DNA of 64,000 nucleotides from Pseudomonadota bacterium (GTDB lineage Bacteria; Pseudomonadota; Alphaproteobacteria; RF32; CAG-239): the NCBI GenBank assembly GCA_918234285.1, contig CAKJXZ020000003.1:32001-96000 (forward strand), written 5' to 3'. How positions within the stretch are numbered: the stretch's first letter is position 1; the number at the start of each line of letters is the position of its first letter. A program made the translations under genes and the position numbers. Below are positions 8,432-19,392 of this stretch, piece after piece. The notes beneath the pieces were generated by a model. That model saw only the letters and a program-made list of their open reading frames with translations, had not been told where the DNA came from and searched no databases.

Positions 8432-10150
8432 TCAGCGCCCTTCACCGCTCTTAATATCGTCTTTAAACGATTCGTTGAACTTCTTCGGAGCGTGGTCCGC
8501 CGGCGTCTTCTTCTCCGCCAATTTTCCCAAATCAACACCGTCAGGCGCGATATAATCGTCTTTACTGAACACAATCTTGTTCTTTTTTCTGACATTCATG
8601 GCATGCATATTCTTACGCACATCTTGCAATTTGGAAACAATTTTCTCACGATTTTCTTCCGACTTTATTCTGCCGGTAATACTGAGGAATTTATCGAGCA
8701 TCTTATCATCGATATTACTGAATTTTTCCGTATCCATTTTGTTGATGATAAGATCCGGCAAATAACCGCTGATTTGAGAATATTCACTAAGCTTATTAAT
8801 AGCTTTTTCCATTTCTTTTTTACTCGGGGTGCCGATTTTATTGATATCAATTTTATAATCGGAATCCGGATAGTTTATATTCAAAAGTGCGCAAATTTCG
8901 CTATTCAGACGCCGTACATTTTTCTCATGACGATAAACATTGCGCATTCTCTTTTCAAACATGGTTTTTTCATGGTTCACCGCCATCTCTTTTTGTGAAG
9001 AATCTTCAAAAGCCAGCGCTTTTTTCATAGTCTCTTTTACTTTGTTTTCAATATCATCTTGCCCTCTGTATTTATCGGCGGTAGAGGCCAATATCTCTCT
9101 GATTTCGGCACGATGTCCCGCAACTTCGACCAATTTATTCAAAGCGCCGAAGGCTTGACTTTCCTGTCCGTCGGCAAATATCAAGCCGCCGTTTTCATCT
9201 GTCAAAGCGTTATGGAGCGTATACATGGCACATACTGCCAAGCGTTCCTTAACCTCCGGATTCTTTTCCGCTTTTATGGCCTTATTGATATAGGTCATAA
9301 TCTTTGCGGATTTATCTTTGATTTCGGCCTCACTGTCAGCCGGAATACCTTCCATGGCTTCACGGAAAATAACTCCGTAAACATCACCGCGTACGGAACC
9401 ATTGGCGATTTGCGCAACGCTTTTAATGTTTTCCATAATGGTTTCAACGGCCTTTTGCGGATCTTTCTTCATGGCAAATTTCAGCTCTTGTTCAAAAATA
9501 TCCGCACGTTCTCCTCCACTCGGATTGTTTTGGAACGATTCGATAATCTTTTCAAAGTTACCTTTGTTTCTGTCATACCCGTTTTTCATAAGCGCAATCC
9601 GTTCTCCCAGTATATTGGAAACCGGTAAGATACTCGGTACAATCGGATAAGCTTTTTCATAAATTTTATGTATTTTTTCATACGTTGCCAAATCCGGATT
9701 TGCGGTTTTGTTATAGTTTTCGGTATGCTTATTAAGTGTTGCCAGAACAACCTTAGTCTGCCGGATTGCCTCACTGTTGGAATGCTTATACTTAAACTTT
9801 GAAATCACCCTGTCCGCCAGTTCGGTTAAAAGCCCGATATCTCCTTTTCCGGCCGCTTTTTCGATTTTCATAGCACTGTTAAGAACAGACTGAATATTTT
9901 TAGGATTCAGCTCAATCGCCGCCTGCATATTTTTCGCCAGTTCATTATTTTTCATACTGCCGTTCGTCAGAGCAGCCGCAAATTCTTCTGCACGCTCCGC
10001 CAACAAATTTGCCACATCGTTAGAAGCTTGAACTTTTTCTTCGTCTGTCTGCGCATCGCTCAATACGGCATCTATAATGTTGGTGGCTGTTTTCGGGTTG
10101 AATTCTTTGTGGATTTTCGCTATTCTGAAACTGTTAAAAGTATAAGCCAT
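8432..10150 (-). CDS. Hypothetical alpha-helical protein (572 aa), no signal peptide
   Basis: Long ORF with AAAGGAG RBS; no family recognised. Confidence 0.7.
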   Translation of the reverse strand: MAYTFNSFRIAKIHKEFNPKTATNIIDAVLSDAQTDEEKVQASNDVANLLAERAEEFAAALTNGSMKNNELAKNMQAAIELNPKNIQSVLNSAMKIEKAAGKGDIGLLTELADRVISKFKYKHSNSEAIRQTKVVLATLNKHTENYNKTANPDLATYEKIHKIYEKAYPIVPSILPVSNILGERIALMKNGYDRNKGNFEKIIESFQNNPSGGERADIFEQELKFAMKKDPQKAVETIMENIKSVAQIANGSVRGDVYGVIFREAMEGIPADSEAEIKDKSAKIMTYINKAIKAEKNPEVKERLAVCAMYTLHNALTDENGGLIFADGQESQAFGALNKLVEVAGHRAEIREILASTADKYRGQDDIENKVKETMKKALAFEDSSQKEMAVNHEKTMFEKRMRNVYRHEKNVRRLNSEICALLNINYPDSDYKIDINKIGTPSKKEMEKAINKLSEYSQISGYLPDLIINKMDTEKFSNIDDKMLDKFLSITGRIKSEENREKIVSKLQDVRKNMHAMNVRKKNKIVFSKDDYIAPDGVDLGKLAEKKTPADHAPKKFNESFKDDIKSGEGR

Positions 10151-10317
10151 TTTAAATCTCCTTTATGTATTATATGCGTGCAGTATAGCATATTTTTACG
10201 TTTTGTCAACTTTTTTATTAAATCAATAATCATACCGAAAATCCTTTTTTTAAGCATATCTTAAACTTTACCCTGTATTTTGAATTAAATATTGTGCAAT
10301 TTGCGAGGTTATGAACG

Positions 10318-10926
10318 ATGAACATTTTCAGCAAAATAGTCTGTACGGCCGCTATGGCTGTATTTTTGAACGCCTGTTCTTCAATGAACAACAACACGGC
10401 GGTACCGGAACGTTACAGCGATTTACATTTTGACAACAAAGCACCGATTCAACTTATGGTTAAGTCAGTGGAAATCAAATCGGAATTTACTCCGTCGTTT
10501 ACTCGCCCGCACGTTGAACATATGCTCCCTATTTCGATTGAAAAAACCGCCAAAACATGGGCCAAAGAGCGCTTGCAGGCTACCGACTTTTCTTCCAACA
10601 GCGTGGCGGAATTTATTATTCAAGATGCCAGTGTGACCGAAACCGAAGAAAAATCTGGACAATTCTTAAGCAAAGATCGCTTAAAATATCATGCCACCCT
10701 CAAGGTGTTGTTGCGTGTGGTTGACAACAAGTCTTCGGCCTCTGCCAATGTTGAGGCCTGGCGTGATTTGGTTATGGCAATCGATACCAATATCGAAGAT
10801 AAAGAACAACATTGGAATGATATGGTTATCAACTTATTCCAAGCCTTTGATTCCAGTATGGAAAAGCAGATTTACCAATCGCTCAACATGTATATTAAAG
10901 ACAATACATCGATTACCACATACTAG
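10318..10926 (+). CDS. Putative lipoprotein
   Basis: Signal peptide ending in lipobox LNAC. Confidence 0.75.
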   Translation: MNIFSKIVCTAAMAVFLNACSSMNNNTAVPERYSDLHFDNKAPIQLMVKSVEIKSEFTPSFTRPHVEHMLPISIEKTAKTWAKERLQATDFSSNSVAEFIIQDASVTETEEKSGQFLSKDRLKYHATLKVLLRVVDNKSSASANVEAWRDLVMAIDTNIEDKEQHWNDMVINLFQAFDSSMEKQIYQSLNMYIKDNTSITTY

Positions 10927-11061
10927 AAAATCGCATATATCTGAATTTACCGACGGGGCTCAACACCCCGCCGTTTTTTTATAATCGATTGACAATGCGG
11001 CAAATAAAGTTTATACCGTTTCCATAACTTTGAATTATTAATTTATCAATTAAAAATAATT

Positions 11062-11589
11062 ATGACTAAATCAGGTTTTGAGGCGTGGCTGGATAGTCTG
11101 CGCCTGGCTTGGGAAAATTTTCCCGATGCATTTGTGTTCGCACTGCTGACGGTAGGTACCTGGCTGTTTATTATCAGCTTGTGTTTTTCGGTTATCCGTA
11201 TTTTTACGAGGTCTATATCTTTCGACCTTGCCGGTCTGGATGATATTCTGCAAGACAAACTGCAAGACCCTTACAGTTTTTACGACGGAACTTACGAATT
11301 GCCGAAGAAAAACACCCGAAAGGCGATGATTTATGCCAATTTGAGCTATCACACTTTCTGGAACGCGGTGATTATGTATCGCTACCGGCTGTGCGGAGAA
11401 CCGATTAACCGAATGTATTTCAGAGTAAATCGCTGGAAGAATCACGACTTTCTTCCGTTCGGTTTGTTTACGACAACCTTTCGGTTCACCATGTTGTTCT
11501 CGTTGTGCTTCATCTGGGGATACCCCGTCTTTTTGGCGATTGTATTAATCCGCATGAAGTTATACGCAAAAAAGAAACCTCTCTACTGA
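11062..11589 (+). CDS. Hypothetical membrane protein
   Basis: 175 aa with N- and C-terminal hydrophobic helices. Confidence 0.6.
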   Translation: MTKSGFEAWLDSLRLAWENFPDAFVFALLTVGTWLFIISLCFSVIRIFTRSISFDLAGLDDILQDKLQDPYSFYDGTYELPKKNTRKAMIYANLSYHTFWNAVIMYRYRLCGEPINRMYFRVNRWKNHDFLPFGLFTTTFRFTMLFSLCFIWGYPVFLAIVLIRMKLYAKKKPLY

Positions 11590-11592
11590 AAC

Positions 11593-11624
11593 AAAACTCC
11601 GCAAGTCAAACACTTGCGGAGTTT
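11593..11624. terminator. Bidirectional terminator
   Basis: AAAACTCCGCAAGT..ACTTGCGGAGTTT between convergent genes. Confidence 0.8.
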
Positions 11625-11643
11625 CTTCTTAAGCTTAGAAAGA

Positions 11644-12585
11644 TTATTGTACGTTTCCGAACGGATTGACGTTTTCTTCTTCCTGTGCGGCTTTGCGCAA
11701 ATCAAACCAGTTCAAAATCGGCACTGCCACAAAAATCGAGGAATATGTACCGATAACGACACCGATGGTAATTACAAATGCAAAGCTGTAAAGCGCCGCA
11801 CCGCCGAACACCAGCAATGCCAACGAGGCCAGCAACGTGGTCAAGCTGGTTAAAATCGTACGCGAGAAAATATCGTTAATACTCTTATTTAACAAATCGT
11901 ATTGCGGCATTTTCTTAAACTTTTGCAGATTTTCTCTGATACGGTCATATGTCACCACCGTATCGTTCACCGAATAACCGGCAAGCGTCAAAATGGCGGC
12001 AATCGTCGTCAGACTGAAATCCAAATGGAAGATGGAAAGCAGGCCGACCGTGATAAAAATATCGTGAAACAGACCGAGCAAAGCACCTACGGCAAAACGC
12101 CATTCAAAACGGAACCATACATACAAGCTGATGGCAACGCAAGCAAAAATCGAGGCCAAAACGCCGGAAAGTTTCAACTCGTCACCGACTTGCGGACCCA
12201 CTGATTCGATGCTCTCAAACGTATAATCGCTACCCAAAATATCTTTAATCTGATTAACGGCAATACGCTGACTTTCTTCATCGGCATTGTTGGCCTGCGC
12301 TCTGATGAGTAGCTGGTCACCTTCTTTGCCGACGGATTGAATGTTCAATTCATCAAGGTTCAGCGTCGAAAGCTGAGAACGTACCTTTTCCACATCGGCC
12401 GTACCGTCTTTGGCGCGTACATCCATCGCCACACCGCCGGAGAAGTCAATACCGTAGTTAAAACCTCTCAGCGCAATACTGGCAATCGACGCGGCAATCA
12501 ACAGCAACGAAATTGCATAACCGACTTTACGCCATTTCAAAAAGTCGATGGTTGTATCTTTCATAATCCAACTGAATATTTTCAT
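11644..12585 (-). CDS. secF: Protein translocase subunit SecF
   Basis: NYGIDFSGG, GYSVNDTVVTYDRIRE, GTYSSIFVA. Confidence 0.97.
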   Translation of the reverse strand: MKIFSWIMKDTTIDFLKWRKVGYAISLLLIAASIASIALRGFNYGIDFSGGVAMDVRAKDGTADVEKVRSQLSTLNLDELNIQSVGKEGDQLLIRAQANNADEESQRIAVNQIKDILGSDYTFESIESVGPQVGDELKLSGVLASIFACVAISLYVWFRFEWRFAVGALLGLFHDIFITVGLLSIFHLDFSLTTIAAILTLAGYSVNDTVVTYDRIRENLQKFKKMPQYDLLNKSINDIFSRTILTSLTTLLASLALLVFGGAALYSFAFVITIGVVIGTYSSIFVAVPILNWFDLRKAAQEEENVNPFGNVQ

Positions 12586-12603
12586 TTTCTTTTTCCTTTT
12601 TTA

Positions 12604-14154
12604 TTATAACGGTAACTTTGTCGGTTTATATTTGGCAAGCCACGCTTCCACCATCAAACGGCTGACCGTAACCGATGTAAACATCGAAACGATAATACCG
12701 ATGGTCAAGGTTACGGCAAAACCGCGTACCGGACCGCTGCCGAAGTAGAACAATACCGCTGCCGCCGCCAATGTTGTCAGGTTAGAGTCGACAATGGTGC
12801 GATAAGCTTCGGTAAAGCCGACGGTAATGGCATCACGAATCGAACGGCCGTGATTAACTTCTTCTCTGATGCGTTCAAAAATCAAAATGTTCGCATCAAC
12901 CGCCATACCGATGGTCAGGATAATACCGGCAATACCAGGCAAAGTCAGGGTCGTACCCATAAAGCTCATAATGCCGAGCATAATCGCCACGTTCAAGAAT
13001 AAGGTAACATCAACCATCAAACCGAACAGACTGTAAGCCAAAATCATAAAGATGATAACTGCGGCAAATCCGACTATGGAAGCGGTTACACCGGCCTTAA
13101 TCGAATCCGCACCCAAGCCTGCGCCTACGGTTCTTTCTTCCATCACTTCAAGCGGAGCCGGCAAAGCACCGGAACGCAGCAACAAAGCCAAATCATTAGC
13201 GCTCTTGGTGGTAAAGTTACCGGTAATGATACCGCTGCCGCCGGTAATGGCCGTCTGAATGTTCGGAGCGGAAATTACTTCGTTATCCAAAACAATTGCC
13301 AATCTTTCGCCGACATGCTCGCTGGTAACTTCGGCAAACTGGCGTCCGCCAAACGTATCGAAACGGAAGCTTACCACCGGATTCGGACCATCAAACGTAA
13401 CTTTGGCATCGGTCAAATGTTCGCCGCCGACGACCGGCTTACGGAACACAACATATTGCTCGCCTTCCGAACCGCTCATAATCTTTGAAGCTTTGCTGAT
13501 TTTACCGCGCTTGGCCTGAGCCAGTGTGGTAGATTCATCAACCAAATGAAAATCCATTTTGGCGGTTTTACCGAGCAAAATCTTCACACTTTCCGGATTC
13601 TGCACACCCGGCAACTGTACCAAAATACGGTCGGAGCCCTGTCCTTGAATAATCGGTTCTTTGGTTCCGAGTTCATCAATACGGCGACGCACGATGCTGA
13701 TGGATTGGTCAATCACACGATTTTTCAAAGCAGCCATTGCCTGTTCGTTGTAGGTCACGGTCAAAACTCCCTCGCCGTTTTCGTCTTCGGTTACCACCAA
13801 GCCTTCATCCAACTTGCGGAAGGCTTCTTTAGCCTTATCGCGTGCATTATAATCGGCAATTTTAACGGTAACCCCGTCTTTATCGGATTTCAAATCCTGA
13901 TAGCGAGTTCTGCGATCGCGCAAAGATTTACGCACCAAATCTTCAACCGTAGACATCTTGTCACGCAAAACATCATCCATTTTAACTTGCAACAGCAAAC
14001 TGGAACCGCCCTGCAAATCCAAACCCAAATTGACCGGTTGCCACCACTTCGGCAACTTTGTCTTATCCGGAGCAAAGTTCGGTATTGCAAAAAATATACC
14101 TACCAAACAAATGGCAATAATTATCAAAATTCGATTAAGTGATAATTTATACAT
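12604..14154 (-). CDS. secD: Protein translocase subunit SecD
   Basis: LGLDLQGG, LRSGALPAP, GMAVDANILIFERIREE. Confidence 0.97.
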   Translation of the reverse strand: MYKLSLNRILIIIAICLVGIFFAIPNFAPDKTKLPKWWQPVNLGLDLQGGSSLLLQVKMDDVLRDKMSTVEDLVRKSLRDRRTRYQDLKSDKDGVTVKIADYNARDKAKEAFRKLDEGLVVTEDENGEGVLTVTYNEQAMAALKNRVIDQSISIVRRRIDELGTKEPIIQGQGSDRILVQLPGVQNPESVKILLGKTAKMDFHLVDESTTLAQAKRGKISKASKIMSGSEGEQYVVFRKPVVGGEHLTDAKVTFDGPNPVVSFRFDTFGGRQFAEVTSEHVGERLAIVLDNEVISAPNIQTAITGGSGIITGNFTTKSANDLALLLRSGALPAPLEVMEERTVGAGLGADSIKAGVTASIVGFAAVIIFMILAYSLFGLMVDVTLFLNVAIMLGIMSFMGTTLTLPGIAGIILTIGMAVDANILIFERIREEVNHGRSIRDAITVGFTEAYRTIVDSNLTTLAAAAVLFYFGSGPVRGFAVTLTIGIIVSMFTSVTVSRLMVEAWLAKYKPTKLPL

Positions 14155-14155
14155 T

Positions 14156-14533
14156 TTATTTTCCTTTTTTTACTTTTTTATTTGCTTTTTCAGCTTTTGA
14201 ACCCTCAACAACCGCCTTAGGCGCTTCATTAATCACCGCGCCGACGGTCATCCGATCGATCAAAACTTCAACATTCGGAGCAATTTCCGCATATACTTTA
14301 TCGTCTTTTATTTTGGAAATCTTACCGTAAATACCGCTGGTCAACAAAACCTTATCTCCTACCTTCAATGCATCAACCATCGCAGCATGCTCGCGCATCT
14401 TCTTATATTGCGGGCGAATAAGAACAAAATAGAAAATCAAAAAGATCAATGCCAACTGTATCAACGTACCGGCAATGGGACTTCCCGAAACCGCAGCCGC
14501 CGTTTCCGCAGCATAGGCGTCATTTATAAACAT
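14156..14533 (-). CDS. yajC: Preprotein translocase subunit YajC
   Basis: FYFVLIRPQ, LKVGDKVLLTSGIYG; upstream of secDF. Confidence 0.95.
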   Translation of the reverse strand: MFINDAYAAETAAAVSGSPIAGTLIQLALIFLIFYFVLIRPQYKKMREHAAMVDALKVGDKVLLTSGIYGKISKIKDDKVYAEIAPNVEVLIDRMTVGAVINEAPKAVVEGSKAEKANKKVKKGK

Positions 14534-14640
14534 TTTTTTCTCCTGACATATTACAACAATATTTTATGTAGGTATTACTATACCCTTTTTGCAATAGAAA
14601 AAACTAAAAATTCAAGTTATTAACGTATTTTTATCCGAAA

Positions 14641-15291
14641 TTACTCCGAAACCGCATTTTCATTTTCTGCCACTTCGTCGGTATTCTCTCCTTCCCCTTC
14701 GCCTTCTTCTTCAACATCGGTCTCGTCATACGAAAACTCCATTCCCGTTTCAACGTTTTCCTGTCGACGCGATGTATCTTCCTGCATCTCGGAAATCGGC
14801 TCGCCGTTTTCCGCAGCTTCAGACAGGGTTTCTTTATGTACCGATTCCGGCATTACCAGTGACGGAATACTCTCATGCGCCGCCAACTGCTCGGCAGAAA
14901 GTAACAATTTCTTATCCACTTTTCTATCTTCGCAACTGAGCAACCACACGTCATAAATCGGGTGTTCCACCGCATGCGTGGCCGGCGACGACGATATCAT
15001 CCAACCGCGAAAAATATTTACATCTTCGCCTTTCAGTGTTTTATCCGCAATATCGGCAAATACGAAATTATCCGGCGTTTCTTCCATCGGGCGGGTTTTG
15101 CAGGCACGCACCACGATCGAAAGCGAACCGAACTCGACCATACCGCCGACCGGCACGTATATCACGCTGACCCGTCCGGTGATTTTATCCATCGCTTGCA
15201 TTTTAGCCGTATTTTTATCGATTCCCGAAGCCTCGGCCGTAAACACGGCACAACACGCCAAAGCGCAACATATTTTAAATATCTTATTCAT
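14641..15291 (-). CDS. DUF2155 domain protein
   Basis: MDKITGR, FRGWMISSSP, EHPIYDVWLLSC; usual neighbour of mlaD. Confidence 0.88.
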   Translation of the reverse strand: MNKIFKICCALACCAVFTAEASGIDKNTAKMQAMDKITGRVSVIYVPVGGMVEFGSLSIVVRACKTRPMEETPDNFVFADIADKTLKGEDVNIFRGWMISSSPATHAVEHPIYDVWLLSCEDRKVDKKLLLSAEQLAAHESIPSLVMPESVHKETLSEAAENGEPISEMQEDTSRRQENVETGMEFSYDETDVEEEGEGEGENTDEVAENENAVSE

Positions 15292-15745
15292 CTTTGCTAC
15301 CGCTGTCAGTTACCATAAAAATCACTTCGCCGACCATATCTTCCAGCGTCTTGAAATCCTTGGTCTTGGCAAAAACATCGCCATCCGCCAAATATTCTTT
15401 GGAAATACCGGGATCTATTTTAACGAATTTATCTCCCATCAGGCCGTCACCGACAATTTCAGCCGTACTGTCTTTCGGCAATTTTACGTTTGAGGCAATA
15501 TTGAAGGTAACTTTTACCGTATAATCTTCATTGTTCAAATCTTGTGCCGTAACCGTACCGACCTTAATGCCGTTAATCCGCACATCTGAACCGACGCTGA
15601 GCCCGCCCACTTTCAAAAATTCGGCACTCACGGAATATCCCTGTACCACCTGCAGGTCCGACACCCGATAGGCAAAACCCAAAAACAATAAAGCAATAAT
15701 CAGAACAACAAGTCCCATAATGGTTTCAACCGGTTTTTTACGCAT
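15284..15745 (-). CDS. mlaD: MlaD (MCE) lipid asymmetry protein
   Basis: GGLSVGSDVRINGIKVGTV, GLMGDKFVKIDPG; start at MRKKPVET. Confidence 0.9.
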   Translation of the reverse strand: MRKKPVETIMGLVVLIIALLFLGFAYRVSDLQVVQGYSVSAEFLKVGGLSVGSDVRINGIKVGTVTAQDLNNEDYTVKVTFNIASNVKLPKDSTAEIVGDGLMGDKFVKIDPGISKEYLADGDVFAKTKDFKTLEDMVGEVIFMVTDSGSKDE

Positions 15746-15746
15746 C

Positions 15747-16256
15747 TTAATTCTCCTCCTGCGGTGTTGTTGACGGTTCGGATTTGGCACTGAGCTTAGC
15801 TTTGCCCATTGATATAATCCGGTCAATCAATTCTTCCAAAATAATCGCGTCCTGCGTATACGAAAATTCGCCTTCGTTCACGATAAAATCCTCCGAACCG
15901 CCCGGCTCGACTTCAATATACTTGTTACCCATAATTCCGGAACTGACAATCGCCGCACTGCTGTCATCCGGAATTTGTATTTCCTTGCGAATCTTAAGTG
16001 TCAGAGTGGCTCTGAAATCGTCATCAAGTTCGTTATCGGCCACATAACCCACATCAATACCCGCCAAACGCACTTTATCGCCGATTACCAAACCATCGGT
16101 ACGATTATAAGTTGCATACACGGTATAATCGGAATTCTCGGCATTTTCCCAATCGTTTTGGTTTAACTTAAATATCAAAAAGGCCGCCAGGCAAAAAATC
16201 AACACCCCCAGGCCGATGATAAAGTTTCGTAATTCTTCTTTTGTAAATTCGTTCAA
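15747..16256 (-). CDS. mlaD: Second MlaD (MCE) family protein
   Basis: DGLVIGDKVRLAGIDVG, GIMGNKYIEVEPGG. Confidence 0.88.
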   Translation of the reverse strand: MNEFTKEELRNFIIGLGVLIFCLAAFLIFKLNQNDWENAENSDYTVYATYNRTDGLVIGDKVRLAGIDVGYVADNELDDDFRATLTLKIRKEIQIPDDSSAAIVSSGIMGNKYIEVEPGGSEDFIVNEGEFSYTQDAIILEELIDRIISMGKAKLSAKSEPSTTPQEEN

Positions 16257-16396
16257 TTTTATTTGCTCCGTTTAAGCTTTTTGTTAATTATTACTCTATT
16301 AAAATCAATTTGTCATCAATGTTTTTTCATTATGGTTGAAAAAAATTATTAAATAATGTTATATATAGGTATAATTCACCAAATTGAGGGTACAAT

Positions 16397-17107
16397 ATGC
16401 TGAAAATCGACAATATTTCAAAATCTTTTGATGATAAACGCGTTTTATCTGATATTTCTTTGCAACTCGAAAAAGGATATGTTGCGGCATTGCTCGGCGA
16501 AAACGGTGCCGGAAAGTCAACGTTGATGCGCATTTTAAGCGGATATTTTGAGGCGGACACCGGTACGATTACGTTGGATAATCTGGATATTAAAACCGAC
16601 CGCATCGCTTATCTGCGCCGCATCGGTTATGTTCAGGAAATCTCCGCCTTATACGGCGAAATGAGTGTTTATGATTTTCTGAACTTTGTTGCAACGATTC
16701 GCCAAATTCCGCAAGAAACGATTTCGGCGCGCTTAAATGACGTAATCGGGCAATTACAGCTCAAAGAAGTACTACCGCAAAAATGCGAAACCTTATCCAA
16801 AGGCTTTAAAAAGCGCACGGAACTGGCCGCCGTTTTGTTGGCCGAGCCGGAAGTACTTTTTTTGGACGAGCCGACGGAAGGCCTCGACCCCAACCAAAAA
16901 GATGCCATTCGCAAAATCATCAAAAAATATGCCCGCAATCATCTTATCATAATTTCTACCCATACTCTGGAAGATGTGGAAGCTCTGGCCGATAAAATTC
17001 TGCTTTTGCATCAAGGAAATTTACTGTTTGACGGGACATTGGCCGATTTCAAGAAAAAATCCCGTAACGATTTATCGGCATCTTTCCGCAAAGCAACGCA
17101 GAAATGA
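16397..17107 (+). CDS. ABC transporter ATPase (GldA-like)
   Basis: [13 protein letters not shown] signature variant, LDEPTEGLDP. Confidence 0.9.
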   Translation: MLKIDNISKSFDDKRVLSDISLQLEKGYVAALLGENGAGKSTLMRILSGYFEADTGTITLDNLDIKTDRIAYLRRIGYVQEISALYGEMSVYDFLNFVATIRQIPQETISARLNDVIGQLQLKEVLPQKCETLSKGFKKRTELAAVLLAEPEVLFLDEPTEGLDPNQKDAIRKIIKKYARNHLIIISTHTLEDVEALADKILLLHQGNLLFDGTLADFKKKSRNDLSASFRKATQK

Positions 17108-19392
17108 GGTTTATCATGCAACAATTTTACGCTTTATTCAAAAAAGAATTTCATGGCTATTTTCAAAGTTATTTTGCGCTGGCCATAGTCTTTATATATT
17201 TACTTATTTCTTCCGGAATTGCCTTCTACACTTCCTATTTGGATATGCATGATACCGGACTTTACGCACTTTTCAATATGCAGATTTATATTCAGGCCGC
17301 TTTAATCCCGGCGCTTACCATGAAGTTATGGGCAGAAGAATATAAGAGCGGAACGGCGGAATTTTTGTTGACGCAGCCGCTGGAATATCGCAAACCGGTA
17401 ATCGCCAAGATTTGCGCCGCCATGATGTTTGCCGTTTTCATGAGCCTGCTGCTGTTGCCGTTTATCCACGATTCGGCCGAACTGATAACTCTTGATTGGG
17501 GCAATATCGTATGTGATTACATCGGATTATGGCTGATTATTTTTGTTTTCTGTGCCGTCGGCTCGCTGATTTCGGCCTTAAACAAGAATATGATATCGGT
17601 ATACTTGCTCAGCTTATTTTCCACGGCATTTCTTGCTTTTATCCCGGCCACACATTTTCGCGCCGCATACACCGACTTTTTACTGGCCGAAATCGCCGTC
17701 GGCGATTGGTTATACTTCCTCACCGTCGGTGGTGTTCTGGTCTTTTTGAATATATTGGTATTGCAATTGCGAGCCTCGGCGCAAAAATACAAAATGCCGC
17801 GTTTTATTGCTTTCGGTGCCATGCTGCTCGGCGGTGTTGCCGCGCTTAACTTCGTCGCTTACACGCTGTTTGAGCAAAAATACGATGCAACCGCACAAAA
17901 AATTTACACTCCGCAGCAAATAAGCCGAGATATAGTCAAAGATTTGAAAGAACCGTTGTGTATCGATGTTTACATTTCCAAAGATTACGTTAATCGCAAT
18001 ATTGAATACTCACGTTACTACCAGCAGGTTATGCGCTTTCTGAAAAAATACGAGAAACTCTCAAACAAAAAAATAAAAGTCAACGCCGTAACCGTGGAGC
18101 CGTTCAGTCAAATGGAAACCATTGTTCTGAAATCGGGTCTGTATTTTGAAGAAAATATTTACGGCAGTAAGGATTATTTCGGCGCCACTGTTCATAATGA
18201 AGACGGCGAAGGTGTGGCAATTAAACACTTTTTAGCCGCACGCAGCCCTTATCTGGAAAAAGATATTGATACGGCCATATTAAAAATCAGCCGTGCCGAA
18301 GTTATAAAAAACATCGGTGTTTATCTGGACCCTTTCCAATATCTCGATGATTTTCAGGGACTTATGCTTAATCTGGAAAACGACTACAACCTCATCAATT
18401 TCACGGATGATGTCTATGCCATATCCCCTAAATTGGATCTATTGCTGTTGGTCAACCCTAAGAAATTATCATCCGAATTTAAATCGGCTATCGACAAGTA
18501 TATCGTAGGTGGCGGCAAGGTCATTATTTTGTTTGATTTTTTCACCGACAACCAATCAAGCAACGTTAATATCGAGCATTTTTCTTTGCTTAACCTCATC
18601 AGTTCATGGGGTATAAATTTCAGCGGTCAAATAGTTGATGAAGCAAAACCGGTTGCCGAATATGCTCCGTCCGGATTGCCGATTGTCATCTATAAAGCGG
18701 TTGACTTCGATATAAAAGACAGCGAAAGGATTGTCACTCCGCTTATAACCGACGACAAACAAATGATCGGTGCCTTAATTCAAGGAAAATTTCCGCCGTT
18801 GCATTCTGAAAACGCGTCAACAAAACAGAGCGCCGATGCTCAGGTTGCCGTGTTCGGCGATGTTGATTTAATCATCGATGATAATTGGATAGCCGAGCAA
18901 TCGCCTGATAAAAACCCTTATGATACCGTTTTCAAATCGTCTAACATTGAAGTCTTGCGTAACCTGATTGACCGGATGGTCGGTAACAATATCTATTTTT
19001 CGTTGCCGATACGCCATGCCCAACATAATACCTTCAGCATCAGCGAAAAATTATATAACCGGATATATGCACAAAACGCACCGACTTATTTTAAATTAAG
19101 CGCCGAATTAATTGACGCCCGTTCCGATATTGAAGCCGGCATTCCGCAAAACCCGGACAGAATCGAGCAAATGCTGCAATCGGGTGCGGCCGGACAAAGA
19201 ATTTCCGAGTTGGAAATAGAGGCTGAAAATATTCTGCATAAAATGAGCCGACAATATAAATCCGAGGTACAACTGCTGTTCATTTCGCAAGTTTTGGTGG
19301 TGCCGACGCTTGTTACTTTTGTGCTGTTTCTTATCATGTTTGTTATTCGGCGCAAACACAGAAAAAACATAAAGGAGTTTATGAATGAATAA
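17104..19392 (+). CDS. GldF-like ABC-2 permease fused to GldG-like periplasmic domain
   Basis: KKEFHGYF...PALTMKLWAEEYKSGTAEFLLTQP, then large soluble region and a C-terminal TM helix. Confidence 0.8.
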   Translation: MRFIMQQFYALFKKEFHGYFQSYFALAIVFIYLLISSGIAFYTSYLDMHDTGLYALFNMQIYIQAALIPALTMKLWAEEYKSGTAEFLLTQPLEYRKPVIAKICAAMMFAVFMSLLLLPFIHDSAELITLDWGNIVCDYIGLWLIIFVFCAVGSLISALNKNMISVYLLSLFSTAFLAFIPATHFRAAYTDFLLAEIAVGDWLYFLTVGGVLVFLNILVLQLRASAQKYKMPRFIAFGAMLLGGVAALNFVAYTLFEQKYDATAQKIYTPQQISRDIVKDLKEPLCIDVYISKDYVNRNIEYSRYYQQVMRFLKKYEKLSNKKIKVNAVTVEPFSQMETIVLKSGLYFEENIYGSKDYFGATVHNEDGEGVAIKHFLAARSPYLEKDIDTAILKISRAEVIKNIGVYLDPFQYLDDFQGLMLNLENDYNLINFTDDVYAISPKLDLLLLVNPKKLSSEFKSAIDKYIVGGGKVIILFDFFTDNQSSNVNIEHFSLLNLISSWGINFSGQIVDEAKPVAEYAPSGLPIVIYKAVDFDIKDSERIVTPLITDDKQMIGALIQGKFPPLHSENASTKQSADAQVAVFGDVDLIIDDNWIAEQSPDKNPYDTVFKSSNIEVLRNLIDRMVGNNIYFSLPIRHAQHNTFSISEKLYNRIYAQNAPTYFKLSAELIDARSDIEAGIPQNPDRIEQMLQSGAAGQRISELEIEAENILHKMSRQYKSEVQLLFISQVLVVPTLVTFVLFLIMFVIRRKHRKNIKEFMNE

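Noticed and set aside
10250-10264. Perfect TTAA-N7-TTAA CtrA box (TTAAGCATATCTTAA)
   Set aside because: Plausible, but a single match in very AT-rich intergenic DNA cannot be told from chance without genome-wide statistics
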